A DNA stretch of 64,000 nt from Clostridia bacterium (GTDB lineage Bacteria; Bacillota; Clostridia; Oscillospirales; Acutalibacteraceae): the NCBI GenBank assembly GCA_017471765.1, contig JAFURT010000009.1, positions 15,367 through 79,366 of the forward strand, read 5' to 3'. The notes under the pieces were generated by a model. That model worked only from the letters and a program-made list of their open reading frames with translations. It was not told the DNA's origin and did not search any database. The position numbers and the translations under genes are program-made. This document shows, one piece after another, positions 17,657 to 30,825 of this stretch (positions are counted from its first letter, which is position 1; each line of letters opens with the position of its first letter).

Positions 17657-18757
17657 ATGGCAAAAAAAGAAACAAAAAAGCGGGCACCTCTGTTTCATAT
17701 AATCAAGCGGGGGCGGGATGCCCTGCCCTGGTATTTCGGCATGCTGGTGCGGGCGATCGCCGTAGTGGCGGCGCTGCTGGTGTGCGGAGTGCTGATCACG
17801 TTGCTGACGGGTAAGAACCCGCTGCAGGTGTACGGCTCCATGATCGATGGCGTATTTGGCTCCTCCCGGCGTATCTGGAATATGCTGCAGAGCCTGTCTA
17901 TGCTGCTGTGCGTGTCGCTGGCGGTGACTCCGGCCTTTAAGATGCGCTTCTGGAACATCGGTGCTGAAGGCCAGGTGTTGATTGGTGGTCTGGCCTGTAC
18001 GGCCACCATGATGTTCCTGGGGGATAAGCTCCCCCTGTGGCTGTTGCTGACGGTCATGACGGTGGCCAGCATGGCGGCGGCCATGGTGTGGGCTCTGCTC
18101 CCCGCCGTGTGCAAGGCGTACTGGAACACCAATGAAACGCTGTTCACCCTGATGATGAACTATGTGGCTACCCAGCTGGTGGCGTATTTCCTCAAGGTGT
18201 TTGTGAAGGACGGCTCCGGCGTGCTGTCGCCCATGCCGCAGTACGGTCTGCCGGTTATCGGCGGCCACGCCTATTTGCTGAATGTGCTGGTGGTGGTGCT
18301 GCTGACGGTGGCGGTGTATATTTACCTGCGATACAGCAAGCAGGGCTACGAGATCTCGGTGGTGGGCGAGAGCGAAAACACCGCCCGCTATATCGGCATC
18401 AATGTGAAAAAGGTTATCATCCGCACCTTGCTGGTGTCGGGTGCGATCTGTGGATTGGCGGGGCTTTTGCTGGTGGGCGGCACCAACCACACCATCAATA
18501 CCAGCACCGCCGGTGGCCGCGGCTTTACCGCCATCATGGTGTCTTGGTTAGGCAAATTCAATCCGCTTTACATGATCCTCACGGCGTTCCTGGTGGTATT
18601 TCTGGAGCGGGGCGCCCAGCAGGTGTCCACGGATTTTCGCATTCCCAGCGCTATCTCGGACATCGTGACCGGCATCATCCTGCTGTTCATTATCGGGTGC
18701 GAATTTTTCCTGCAGTACCGTGTGGTCATGCGTAAGAACGGAAAGGAGGGGGCCTGA
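17657..18757 (+). CDS. ABC transporter permease (BMP/nucleoside system)
   Basis: 366-aa polytopic protein, abutting the ATPase stop. Confidence 0.85.
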   Translation: MAKKETKKRAPLFHIIKRGRDALPWYFGMLVRAIAVVAALLVCGVLITLLTGKNPLQVYGSMIDGVFGSSRRIWNMLQSLSMLLCVSLAVTPAFKMRFWNIGAEGQVLIGGLACTATMMFLGDKLPLWLLLTVMTVASMAAAMVWALLPAVCKAYWNTNETLFTLMMNYVATQLVAYFLKVFVKDGSGVLSPMPQYGLPVIGGHAYLLNVLVVVLLTVAVYIYLRYSKQGYEISVVGESENTARYIGINVKKVIIRTLLVSGAICGLAGLLLVGGTNHTINTSTAGGRGFTAIMVSWLGKFNPLYMILTAFLVVFLERGAQQVSTDFRIPSAISDIVTGIILLFIIGCEFFLQYRVVMRKNGKEGA

Positions 18758-19701
18758 TGTTAGCCTTTCTGGTAAGTGCGATCCGGCTGGGTATGACCTT
18801 CCTGCTGGGCTCTACCGGTGAGACCATCACCGAAAAATCCGGCCACCTGAACCTGGGTATACCCGGCGTGATGTGTGTGGGTGCGGCCTGCGGCTGCTAT
18901 GCGGAGTATATCTACCTGTCTGTTGCCGGCCGGGCGGCGATTCCGGTGCTGGCGGTGCTTATCCCCATTCTGGCCGCCCTGATCGGGGCGGGTGTGATGG
19001 GACTGCTGTTCAGTTTCCTCACCGTTACCCTGCGAGCCAATCAGAATGTGACAGGTTTAGCGCTGACCACCTTGGGCGTGGGCATTTCCGATTTCATGAT
19101 CGACAAGACCGGCAGCATCTTTAGCAAGGGCAGCAAGTACTTTACCGCCTCTTTGCCCTTCGCAGAGGATCTGGGCTGGTTCGGCGAGCTGTTCCTGTCC
19201 CACGGTGTGTTTGTGTATCTGGCCATTGTCATTGCGCTGGCTACCTCCTTTGTGTTCAACCGCACCCGGGTGGGTCTGCACCTGCGGGCGGTGGGAGAGA
19301 ACCCGGCCACCGCCGACGCCGCCGGCATCAATGTCTCCCTTTATCGGTATGCGGCCACTTGCATCGGTTGCGGCATTGCCGGCCTGGGCGGCCTGTCCTT
19401 TATCATGGACTATCTGAACGGCAACTGGGAATACTGCATCGATGCCATCGGCTGGCTGGCGATCGCCCTGGTCATCTTCACGGTGTGGAAGCCCAATCTG
19501 GCGATTTTGGGCTCGATTGTGTTCGGCGCATTGTATATTGCCAGCAGCTACATTGTGGGTGTCAGCTTTGCCGGCAAGGAGCTGTTCAAAATGCTGCCGT
19601 ATTTGGTCACCATCCTGGTGCTGGTGATCACCAGCATGCGCAGCAAGAAAAATCAGCCTCCCCAGAGCTTGGGCTTGCCCTATTTCCGGGAAGAACGGTA
19701 A
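18757..19701 (+). CDS. ABC transporter permease (BMP/nucleoside system)
   Basis: 314-aa polytopic protein; ATGA-type overlap with the previous permease. Confidence 0.85.
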   Translation: MLAFLVSAIRLGMTFLLGSTGETITEKSGHLNLGIPGVMCVGAACGCYAEYIYLSVAGRAAIPVLAVLIPILAALIGAGVMGLLFSFLTVTLRANQNVTGLALTTLGVGISDFMIDKTGSIFSKGSKYFTASLPFAEDLGWFGELFLSHGVFVYLAIVIALATSFVFNRTRVGLHLRAVGENPATADAAGINVSLYRYAATCIGCGIAGLGGLSFIMDYLNGNWEYCIDAIGWLAIALVIFTVWKPNLAILGSIVFGALYIASSYIVGVSFAGKELFKMLPYLVTILVLVITSMRSKKNQPPQSLGLPYFREER

Positions 19702-19715
19702 AGACACACAAGGAA

Positions 19716-19752
19716 GCGACCCTCCGGCAATCGCCGGAGGGTCGCTCTTTCT
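19716..19752. terminator. Bidirectional terminator between the convergent permease and beta-galactosidase genes
   Basis: 13-bp stem gcgaccctccggc/gccggagggtcgc followed by a T-rich tail. Confidence 0.7.
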
Positions 19753-22758
<3,006 letters not shown>

Positions 22759-22804
22759 CTATACAGCCATTTGCCTTGTATATACACAAATCGGTACGTT
22801 TGTG

Positions 22805-22833
22805 TTGACAAACCAGGGACTTTTATGTATATT
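22805..22833 (+). promoter_or_regulatory. Putative promoter of the AraC gene (TTGACA-17-TATATT)
   Basis: Hexamers read directly from the sequence, in the lacZ/araC divergent region. Confidence 0.45.
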
Positions 22834-22857
22834 TTTTCATGTAAGGAGGGGATAGGG

Positions 22858-23709
22858 ATGTATATGGATGCCGGTTATCAGGTGGCGGATGATGCCCCCA
22901 TTCCACCGGGGGCGCTAACGGTGCTCAGTGCCGGGCATTACCGCCTGCTCACCGCTACCCGGTTTCGTACCGCCCGGATGAATGGTCGTCCGGATTTTCA
23001 GCTTTTGTATATTGCCGCCGGGCGAGCCCGATTTTGGCTGGAGCATCGCTGGGTATGGGTCGCCGCCGGTCAGCTGGTGCTGTACCGGCCGGGGGAGCAA
23101 CAGGAATACACCTATTATCTGGCTGACCGGCCGGAGGTGTACTGGGTACACTTCGCCGGTGACGAGGCCGCCGCCCTGCTGGAAGCTTGGGGGCAGACGG
23201 CACCGCTGACGGCAGTGGGCACCTCGCCGGAATACGCCCGGCTGTTCGGGGAGTTGATTTGCGAGTTACAGCACGACCGCCTCTACGCCGGGGAAATGAG
23301 TGCCCTGCTTTTGCGTCAGCTTGTGGTAGCATTTTCCCGTGGCCGGCAAGGGGCAGAGACTGCCCGGCGTTCCCCCTTGGTGGAGCAGGCGGTGGCGGAT
23401 TTCCACGCCGGGTACGCCTCGCCGCTGTGTCTGTCTGCCTATGCCCGTGAACGGGGGGTGGAGCTGTGTTGGTTTTCCCGGCTGTTCCGGCGGCAGATGG
23501 GGATGTCACCCCAGCAGTATCTTATCCAGCTACGGCTGTCCCGGGCGAAGGAACTGCTCTGCTCCACCGATTGCCCGGTGGAGGAGGTTGCCCGGCTAGT
23601 TGGATACGACAACCCCTTATATTTTTCCCGGCTTTTTTCCCGGCGTGTGGGCATGCCGCCCCGGGAGTACCGCAAAAGCTGTGTTGACTTTTCGGGGATT
23701 TTGCGGTAA
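22858..23709 (+). CDS. AraC family transcriptional regulator (cupin-like N-domain plus HTH)
   Basis: AAGGAGGGG RBS before ATG 22858. C-terminal AraC HTH (GYDNPLYFSRLFSRRVGMPPREYR). The longer upstream ORF extension was rejected. Confidence 0.8.
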   Translation: MYMDAGYQVADDAPIPPGALTVLSAGHYRLLTATRFRTARMNGRPDFQLLYIAAGRARFWLEHRWVWVAAGQLVLYRPGEQQEYTYYLADRPEVYWVHFAGDEAAALLEAWGQTAPLTAVGTSPEYARLFGELICELQHDRLYAGEMSALLLRQLVVAFSRGRQGAETARRSPLVEQAVADFHAGYASPLCLSAYARERGVELCWFSRLFRRQMGMSPQQYLIQLRLSRAKELLCSTDCPVEEVARLVGYDNPLYFSRLFSRRVGMPPREYRKSCVDFSGILR

Positions 23710-23754
23710 AATACCTTTGGCAATTTTTTCACAAGAAAGGAGCTGGTGTTTCCC

Positions 23755-25824
23755 ATGGATAAACTGGACCCGAAATACGAAGCCCTGTTTACCCCCTGGA
23801 AAATCGGCAATGTAGAAATCAAGAACCGTATCGTGCTGTGCCCTATGGGCGGCACGTCCCTGTTTGGCTGGATGGAGCATACCGGCAACCATTTTGATAA
23901 AGAGGCGGCCAAGTTCTTTCTAGAGAAGGCGCAGAATAATGTGGGTCTGATTATCCCCGGTATCGCGCCCATTAAGAGCACCTTTATGGGGCAGTGGCTG
24001 TACCAGAACAAGGCCATGTTCCGCCAGCTCAAGAGCTTTATGGAGGAGATCCATAAGACCGGTGCCAAGCTGTTTGTGCAGATCACTGCCGGTATGGGAC
24101 GCTCCTGGGCCATTCCCACCCCTCTGGTGATGCTACATAATATGCCGGTGGTGCGGGATCTCATCAAGCCGATCATTAACATCCCTTACCAGTCCGCCAG
24201 CCCCAGCGAGCTACCTTCCCGCTGGTCGGACAAGGTGACCACCCGGGCCATCACGGTGAAGGAGATTGAGGAGATCGTGGACGCCTTTGCCAAGACTGCC
24301 GCCCTGTGCAAGTGGGCCGGTGTGGACGGCGTGGAGGTGCATGCGGTGCACGAGGGGTATCTGCTGGATCAGTTCACGCTGGCATACACCAACCACCGCA
24401 CCGACGAGTACGGCGGCTCCTTTGAGAATCGCTACCGCTTCGCCACCGACATCGTCAAGGCCATCAAAGGCGCCTGTGGCGAGGACTATCCCGTGTCACT
24501 GCGGTATTCCGTCCGTTCCTATGTCAAGGATTTCTGCGTGGGCGCCGTCCCGGGCGAGGAATTCACTGAGATTGGCCGGGATATGGAGGAGAGCGAAAAG
24601 GCCGCCCGCTATCTGCAGGAGGCCGGCTACGATATGCTCAATGCCGATAACGGCACCTATGACTCCTGGTACTGGGCGCATCCGCCCATGTATATGCCCC
24701 AGAACTGCAACCTGGAGGATGTGGCCCACATCAAGAAGTGTGTGGACATCCCGGTGGTGTGCGCCGGCCGTATGGAGCCGGATGTGGGTGCACAGGCGGT
24801 GGCCGAGGGCCGTATCGACGCCGTGGGCGTGGCCCGGCAGTTCCTGGCGGATGCGCAGTGGGTGACTAAGCTGATTGAAAACCGGCTGGAGGACATCCGC
24901 CCCTGCATCTGTTGTCACAACGCCTGCTTCAACATGGCGCACTACAAGGGGGTGGCCAACGCCCAGTCTATCTATGACGCCAGCCATATTGCCCGTTGCG
25001 CTCTTGACCCCACGGTGATGCAGTCGGATAAGTATAAAATCAAGCCTGCCAAGGAGAAAAAGGTGGTCGCCGTCATCGGCGGCGGTATCGGTGGCATGGA
25101 GGCGGCTATCGTCTGCGCCAAGCGCGGGCATAATGTCACCCTGTACGAAAAGAGCGGGGAGTTGGGCGGTGTGTTCATCGCCGCTGCCGCCCCCTCCTTC
25201 AAGGAGAAGGACAAGGCGCTCATCGCCTGGTATCGCCGGGAGATTACCCGGCACAACATCCAGGTGCGGCTGAACACCGAGATTACGGACATCAAGTCCC
25301 TGGCCGCCGACGAGGTGATTGTGGCCACCGGCGCTACCGCCCGGAAACTGCCTGTCCCCGGGGCTGAAAAGGCCGTGGAAGCGGTAGACTACCTGCTGGG
25401 CAACAAGCCGGTGGGCGACAAGGTGGTTATCGTGGGCGGCGGTCTGACCGGCTGTGAGATTGCCTATGACCTGTTCCTGCAGGGCAAGCTGCCCACCATC
25501 GTGGAGATGCAGCACGACCTGATTGTGTCCGACAAGATTTGTTTGGCTAATACCAGCTATCTGCGGGATTTCTTTGCCGCCAACAACCTGTCCGTCCATC
25601 TGGAGGCCCGGCTGGACGAGGTGCTGGATGACGGCGTGATGATTACCGAAAAGGACGGCAAGCAGATGAAGATTGAGGCAGACTCCGTCATCTTCTCGGT
25701 GGGCTACAAGCCTGCCCCGGTGGCCAAAAAGCGGGCGCACGTCCACGTCATCGGCGATGCCTGCAAGGTGGGCAGTTTGCGCACCGTCATCTGGCAGGCC
25801 TGGGATGTGGCGATGAAGCTGTAA
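23755..25824 (+). CDS. Two-domain flavoenzyme: OYE-like NADH:flavin oxidoreductase fused to an FAD/NAD(P)-binding domain (2,4-dienoyl-CoA / enoate reductase family)
   Basis: OYE motifs (VLCPMGG, GVEVHAVHEGYLLDQF), the Fe-S motif CICCHNAC, and Rossmann motifs GGGIGGME and VGGGLTGCE. Confidence 0.85.
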   Translation: MDKLDPKYEALFTPWKIGNVEIKNRIVLCPMGGTSLFGWMEHTGNHFDKEAAKFFLEKAQNNVGLIIPGIAPIKSTFMGQWLYQNKAMFRQLKSFMEEIHKTGAKLFVQITAGMGRSWAIPTPLVMLHNMPVVRDLIKPIINIPYQSASPSELPSRWSDKVTTRAITVKEIEEIVDAFAKTAALCKWAGVDGVEVHAVHEGYLLDQFTLAYTNHRTDEYGGSFENRYRFATDIVKAIKGACGEDYPVSLRYSVRSYVKDFCVGAVPGEEFTEIGRDMEESEKAARYLQEAGYDMLNADNGTYDSWYWAHPPMYMPQNCNLEDVAHIKKCVDIPVVCAGRMEPDVGAQAVAEGRIDAVGVARQFLADAQWVTKLIENRLEDIRPCICCHNACFNMAHYKGVANAQSIYDASHIARCALDPTVMQSDKYKIKPAKEKKVVAVIGGGIGGMEAAIVCAKRGHNVTLYEKSGELGGVFIAAAAPSFKEKDKALIAWYRREITRHNIQVRLNTEITDIKSLAADEVIVATGATARKLPVPGAEKAVEAVDYLLGNKPVGDKVVIVGGGLTGCEIAYDLFLQGKLPTIVEMQHDLIVSDKICLANTSYLRDFFAANNLSVHLEARLDEVLDDGVMITEKDGKQMKIEADSVIFSVGYKPAPVAKKRAHVHVIGDACKVGSLRTVIWQAWDVAMKL

Positions 25825-25887
25825 CCTTCGCCTGCGGCGGTTTGCGGTCTGTGAAACAGAGTAACTATGTATGTGGAGGGAAAACCT

Positions 25888-27162
25888 ATGTACTTAACGG
25901 ATGAACAACAGGCGATGCTCAACGGCGAGCAGGGGGAAGTCATGGCCAAGGTCATGGAGACCCTGGTGCGCTACGGCGAGCTGTTTGGCGCAGAGCGCCT
26001 TGTGCCGGTGACCGGCAAGCACAATCATCTGGTCACCTCCTTCGGCCTCAAGATGATGACCCCGGTTTTCGACCTGATGCAGAAAATTCTGGATGCCGGT
26101 GTGGCCTCCGGGCAGACCTTTTCGGTGGACCCTCGCCCGGTGGATAAGGCTGTCCCGGCCAATTTCCTGCAGAATTTTATCTTCAATAAAATCATGTACG
26201 CCACCCAGGATTTCTACGAGGGGCAGCTGGAGAAGCTGGGCTTGATGGGCAAGGACGCCTTCACCTGCACCTGCTACATGGACGAGGTGGGCAACAAGCC
26301 GGAAAAGGGCGATATCCTGTCCTGGGCGGAATCCTCCGCCGTGGTGTATGCCAACTCCGTGTTGGGCGCCCGGTGCAACCGCAACAGCGGTATCATCGAC
26401 CTGATGGGCTCCATCGCCGGCTATGTGCCGGAGTTCGGCCTGCTCACCGACGAGGGCCGCAAGGCCACCTGGGTGGTGGAGGTGCGCACCAGCAAGAAGC
26501 CGGAGGCGCAGCTATTGGGCTCCGCCATCGGCATGAAGGTGATGGAGGCCGTCCCCTACATCAAGGGCATGGAGCCGTGGCTGGGCACCGAGCTTAACGA
26601 TGCCGCCTGCACCTATCTCAAGGATTTCGGCGCCGCCACCGCCTCCAACGGGGCGGTGGGTCTGTACCACATCGCCGGGCTTACCCCCGAGGCCAAGGAG
26701 CAGGGAGAGGCGCTCATCGCTGACAATGCGCAGGTATATGTCATTGACGATGCGGAATTACAGCGTGTGTATGACAGCTACCCGGTCATTTGGAAGAATA
26801 AGGACGCCAAGCCGAAGCTGTGCTTTATGGGCTGTCCCCACATGAGTCTGGAACAGCTCAAGAGCTGGACGGATAAGGTGGAGGCCGCTCTCAAGGCCGC
26901 CGGCAACAGCAAGGTGGTCATCCCCACCGTGTTCACCGCCGCCCCGGCGGTGCTGGCGAAGTTCGAGAAGACGGAGTACGCCCCCCGGCTGAAGGCTACC
27001 GGCGTCATCACCTCCTATATCTGCCCGCTGATGTATATGAACAACCCCCTGTGCGGCTCCATGCCGGTGATCACCTCCAGCAACAAGCTGCGCACCTACA
27101 CCACCGCCCGGTATTATACCGACGATGAGATTCTTATGCAAATCACGAAAGGGGGCAAATAA
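25888..27162 (+). CDS. Aconitase X large/catalytic subunit (DUF521)
   Basis: MYLTDEQQAMLNGEQGE N-terminus typical of DUF521. GGAGGGA RBS. Followed by a DUF126 gene. Confidence 0.8.
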   Translation: MYLTDEQQAMLNGEQGEVMAKVMETLVRYGELFGAERLVPVTGKHNHLVTSFGLKMMTPVFDLMQKILDAGVASGQTFSVDPRPVDKAVPANFLQNFIFNKIMYATQDFYEGQLEKLGLMGKDAFTCTCYMDEVGNKPEKGDILSWAESSAVVYANSVLGARCNRNSGIIDLMGSIAGYVPEFGLLTDEGRKATWVVEVRTSKKPEAQLLGSAIGMKVMEAVPYIKGMEPWLGTELNDAACTYLKDFGAATASNGAVGLYHIAGLTPEAKEQGEALIADNAQVYVIDDAELQRVYDSYPVIWKNKDAKPKLCFMGCPHMSLEQLKSWTDKVEAALKAAGNSKVVIPTVFTAAPAVLAKFEKTEYAPRLKATGVITSYICPLMYMNNPLCGSMPVITSSNKLRTYTTARYYTDDEILMQITKGGK

Positions 27163-27164
27163 TC

Positions 27165-27608
27165 ATGAAAACATTTAAGGGACGTGTGGTTGCCCCCGGC
27201 ACGGTCACGGCGGAGGCGCTGGTCTCCCACGGTGGCCTGAACACCCTGGCCTCCTTCCAGAAGGCGTTGCAGTTCGGGGATAAAAAAGCCACCTGCGGCG
27301 ACCAGAACAACCCCGACCTGTACGGCCGGCAGATGCTGGGCAAGGCGCTGTGCTTGCCCATGACCATCGGCTCTACTACCGGCGGTCTGGTGCTGTACTG
27401 CGCCCGGGCCATGGAGCGCACGCCGGCCTGCATGCTGTTCTCCCGCCCCATTGATTCGCTGGCCGCCGCCGGCGCCATTCTGGCGGATGTGTGGCTGGAG
27501 GGTACCCCCATGCCGGTGGTGGATAGCCTCGGCGACGAGTTTCTGGAGTACGTCAAGACCGGCATGACCGTCACCGTCAAAGAGGACGGCGTGGTCGAGG
27601 TCGGCTAA
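27165..27608 (+). CDS. Aconitase X small/swivel subunit (DUF126)
   Basis: 147 aa. GRVVAPG...AEALV and LPMTIGSTTG pattern. Starts 2 nt after the large-subunit stop. Confidence 0.75.
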   Translation: MKTFKGRVVAPGTVTAEALVSHGGLNTLASFQKALQFGDKKATCGDQNNPDLYGRQMLGKALCLPMTIGSTTGGLVLYCARAMERTPACMLFSRPIDSLAAAGAILADVWLEGTPMPVVDSLGDEFLEYVKTGMTVTVKEDGVVEVG

Positions 27609-27613
27609 CCGAA

Positions 27614-27652
27614 CAAAAAAACAAGCGATGGCATGCCATCGCTTGTTTTTTT
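27614..27652. terminator. Perfect bidirectional terminator (aaaaaaacaagcgatggc/gccatcgcttgttttttt)
   Basis: Palindrome flanked by A- and T-runs, between convergent genes. Confidence 0.8.
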
Positions 27653-29333
27653 ATGTATGGGCGATTACAATCTCATCCAACATGGCCCGTACTGCTTCCA
27701 TCACAGGAGCGTCCGAAATAAACATTTCGAAGGAAAGCTCCCCGCAGATGGCCTCCATTTTGGCCACCAGCTCCTCCTTGGGAACAAACTGCTCGCACAG
27801 CCGCAGTACCCGGATGTCCTCCAGCCCTTGCCGCAAGTTGATCAGCCGCATACTTTCCAGCGGCTGGCCCTTGCGCCCCGGATAAACGCAGAAGGCATCA
27901 CCTCCGCCAACCCAGTCGCCTCCATTGGCGTTGAGGAACGGGTTGACCATATCCACGGAATGACAGCTGTTGTAGAAGTTGTAACCCCAGTGGAGGAATC
28001 CCTTTACCCCATACTTGTACATCTGGATGCCGATACAGCGGTTGCGGGCGGAGGGCATGGACAAATACCGGTTGGAGGTGCCAAGCCAAGGGCCACAGCA
28101 ATAGTATACCCAGCGCTCGTCGATGTCCTCTTTGAGAAAGTCCTTCATTTTATCGGTAATCGGCACCGGCACCGGGCACAGCCCTTGCTGATAGTATTCC
28201 ACGTGGCTCAGGGCATCCAACTGCTTGAAGCCCTCGATATACGGGCGCACGTTGGCGGCGTTGGTTTTATACTGTTCCAGATGGGTCTCGTTGGGCTCGT
28301 CGGAGATGTGAAAATACACCCGGTCCTGGTAGCCGCCGGCTCGCAGATGGGCGGTCAGGGCGGTGAGCATCTGCTGCAGGAAGGAAACATATTCCTCGCC
28401 CGAGGCATCCGTCTCCCAGCCGAAAATACGGCGGTACTCGCCGTCGACGGTGGCCATCACTTTGGGCGCATGAGCCGCCCCCCACTGCGTGAACAGGTGA
28501 GACATCTCAAAATACCGGATGCCGCACGCCTCGCACATGGTCATCCACCGGTCAAGCAGGGAGAAGTCGAAGGTGTACGCCCCGTCGGTCACCGTCACGC
28601 CAATCAGCTGTGTGGTGGTGCGCTCGCCGCCCACAGCGGTATCCAGAGGCGGCGTAAAAATGGGGGTTAAAATCATATTCATCCCGTTGGCCACAGCCGT
28701 CTTTATGAAATTGCGGCAGATTTCAAAATGCCGGTCGCTGAACGCCTCCACCTCATAATAATTCGCCAGACAGTCGGTATAGAACCACTGGGTAACGATG
28801 GTGTCCGCCTCCGGCAGTTCTGCGTTGATAACCTCCACCGTCAGCGTGGCACTGGCCACCACGGCCTCCTTATCCTCCGCCGCCGGGTCGGTAAGCGAGA
28901 TGGTCAAGACGTGCTCGCCGGGTGCAAGGGTGCCATCACCCACAATATCCACCCAAATCGACCGCAACGACTGGTAGGTTACACCAACCTTGCCCTCATA
29001 CAGCATGGGGGACAGCAGATCCGGGTACAATCCCGGAGCGACGCGAACCAGCTTGGGATCCGCCGCCCATGCACGGTCGGCGGTAACGGGAACCGGTATG
29101 TAGTTGGGGATAAAGTCCACCTTACGCATCTGCACATACGGCGCCGGAGCTCCCGTCCACGCAGGCTGAAGCCACTTTTGGATCTGATAGGATTCATCTC
29201 CATCATATACCAGCAACTGGCAGGAGGCGGTAGAGTTTTTGTACAGCCGCACTCGATCCATCGGGGCAAAATCTGCCGGGGTTTGGTCTAAAAAACACTT
29301 CTCCAGCGAGGAAACAAATTTCAGTTCCAGCAT
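27651..29333 (-). CDS. DUF4091 domain protein (GH123-like putative glycoside hydrolase)
   Basis: 560 aa. The MLELKFVSSLEKCF N-terminus and overall pattern resemble DUF4091 proteins. Assigned from memory only. Confidence 0.6.
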   Translation of the reverse strand: MLELKFVSSLEKCFLDQTPADFAPMDRVRLYKNSTASCQLLVYDGDESYQIQKWLQPAWTGAPAPYVQMRKVDFIPNYIPVPVTADRAWAADPKLVRVAPGLYPDLLSPMLYEGKVGVTYQSLRSIWVDIVGDGTLAPGEHVLTISLTDPAAEDKEAVVASATLTVEVINAELPEADTIVTQWFYTDCLANYYEVEAFSDRHFEICRNFIKTAVANGMNMILTPIFTPPLDTAVGGERTTTQLIGVTVTDGAYTFDFSLLDRWMTMCEACGIRYFEMSHLFTQWGAAHAPKVMATVDGEYRRIFGWETDASGEEYVSFLQQMLTALTAHLRAGGYQDRVYFHISDEPNETHLEQYKTNAANVRPYIEGFKQLDALSHVEYYQQGLCPVPVPITDKMKDFLKEDIDERWVYYCCGPWLGTSNRYLSMPSARNRCIGIQMYKYGVKGFLHWGYNFYNSCHSVDMVNPFLNANGGDWVGGGDAFCVYPGRKGQPLESMRLINLRQGLEDIRVLRLCEQFVPKEELVAKMEAICGELSFEMFISDAPVMEAVRAMLDEIVIAHT

Positions 29334-29348
29334 AAAGTGTGCGCTCCT

Positions 29349-30152
29349 TTACCGTTCGTTAAATCGGGCGAGAAATTCCCGGGTACGGGAGTTTTGGGGG
29401 TTGCCGATGACCTGCTCCGGCGAGCCGATCTCTGCCACCACGCCGCCGTCCATGAACATCACCGTGTCGGAGACGTCCCGGGCGAATTCAATCTCGTGGG
29501 TGACGATGATCATGGTGCGTCCGGCGGCTTTCAGCTCCCGGATGACCCGGAGCACCTCGCCGGTCAGTTCCGGATCCAAGGCGCTGGTGGGCTCGTCAAA
29601 GCACAGCACATCCGGCTCCATGGACAGCGCCCGGGCGATAGCCACACGCTGTTGCTGGCCGCCGGATAGCTGACAGGGGAAACTATCCTGCTTGTCGGAC
29701 AGCCCCACCTCCGCCAGCAGGCGTTCAGCCTTCTGGTCGATGGCCGCCAGCGCCTCCCGGTAGTCGGTGTAGCCGTTGTAGCTTCCCTCTTTTTTGATGC
29801 GTTCCTTCGCCAGCAGACCTTCTGCCAGGGTGATATTCCGCTTCACCGTGTACTGGGGGAAGAGATTAAACTGCTGGAATACCAGCCCGAAGTGCAGGCG
29901 GTTTAGCCGGATAGCGGCGTCGCTGAGAGTGTGACTGTCAGCGGCGTCGAACAGAGTCTCGCCGTTTACCGTGATGCGTCCCTCCTGCGGGGTTTCCAGA
30001 AAATTCAGACACCGCAGCAGGGTGGTCTTGCCGGAGCCGGAGGAGCCGATGATGGACAGCACCTCCCCCTTCTCCACGGCAAAGTCGATGCCTTTGAGCA
30101 CCTCCACCTTGCCGAAATTCTTTTGGATATTTTCAACTTGTAACACAGCCAT
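29349..30152 (-). CDS. Amino acid ABC transporter ATP-binding protein
   Basis: Walker A GSSGSGKTT, signature LSGGQQQRVAIARAL, and Walker B VLCFDEPTSALD. Confidence 0.9.
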   Translation of the reverse strand: MAVLQVENIQKNFGKVEVLKGIDFAVEKGEVLSIIGSSGSGKTTLLRCLNFLETPQEGRITVNGETLFDAADSHTLSDAAIRLNRLHFGLVFQQFNLFPQYTVKRNITLAEGLLAKERIKKEGSYNGYTDYREALAAIDQKAERLLAEVGLSDKQDSFPCQLSGGQQQRVAIARALSMEPDVLCFDEPTSALDPELTGEVLRVIRELKAAGRTMIIVTHEIEFARDVSDTVMFMDGGVVAEIGSPEQVIGNPQNSRTREFLARFNER

Positions 30153-30156
30153 GATC

Positions 30157-30825
30157 TCACCCCCCGAAGTAGCGCATTTTCTTTTCAATGCGGGCGAAAA
30201 GCAACGTCAGCAGTCCGGTGAAGGCCAAATAATACACACCGGTGAAGAACAGCGGCCAGATCAGCCCGGAATAGCCGTGGGAGCCTTTGAGGAAGGCGTA
30301 GCCGGCGTAAATCAGCTCCTGCAGGGAGATGATACGGGCGATGGAGGTGTCCTTGACCAGGGTGATGATCTCGTTGGACATGGGAGGGACGATGCGCTTG
30401 ATCATCTGCAGCAGGGTGACCTTGAAGAAAATTTGGCTTTTTGTCATGCCCAGCACCTGTCCGGCCTCCTGCTGTCCCTTGGGCACCCCTTCTATGCCAC
30501 CCCGGTAGATCTCCGAGAAATAGCAGGCATAGTTGATGATGAAGGCAACAGCGGCAGCCCAAAAGCGGCCGCCGGAAATGGCCCAGGGGTTTTGGGGCAG
30601 GACGAAGCCGGGTACATAGAAGATGATGATAAGCTGTAGCATCAGCGGCGTGCCCCGGAACACCCACACGACAAAACGGCTCAGCCACCGCAGGGGAGTA
30701 AAACGGCTCATGGAGCCGAAGGAAATGACAAGCCCCAGCGGCAGAGCGCCCACCAGTGTGACGGCGAACAGCTTGAGGGTCTCCAGGAACCCTTCTGACA
30801 GAGCCTGTATGACGGTAATAAACAT
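30157..30825 (-). CDS. Amino acid ABC transporter permease (HisM/GlnP type)
   Basis: Polytopic protein with the EAA-like loop typical of polar amino acid permeases (GIEGVPKGQQEAGQVLGMT). Confidence 0.85.
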   Translation of the reverse strand: MFITVIQALSEGFLETLKLFAVTLVGALPLGLVISFGSMSRFTPLRWLSRFVVWVFRGTPLMLQLIIIFYVPGFVLPQNPWAISGGRFWAAAVAFIINYACYFSEIYRGGIEGVPKGQQEAGQVLGMTKSQIFFKVTLLQMIKRIVPPMSNEIITLVKDTSIARIISLQELIYAGYAFLKGSHGYSGLIWPLFFTGVYYLAFTGLLTLLFARIEKKMRYFGG

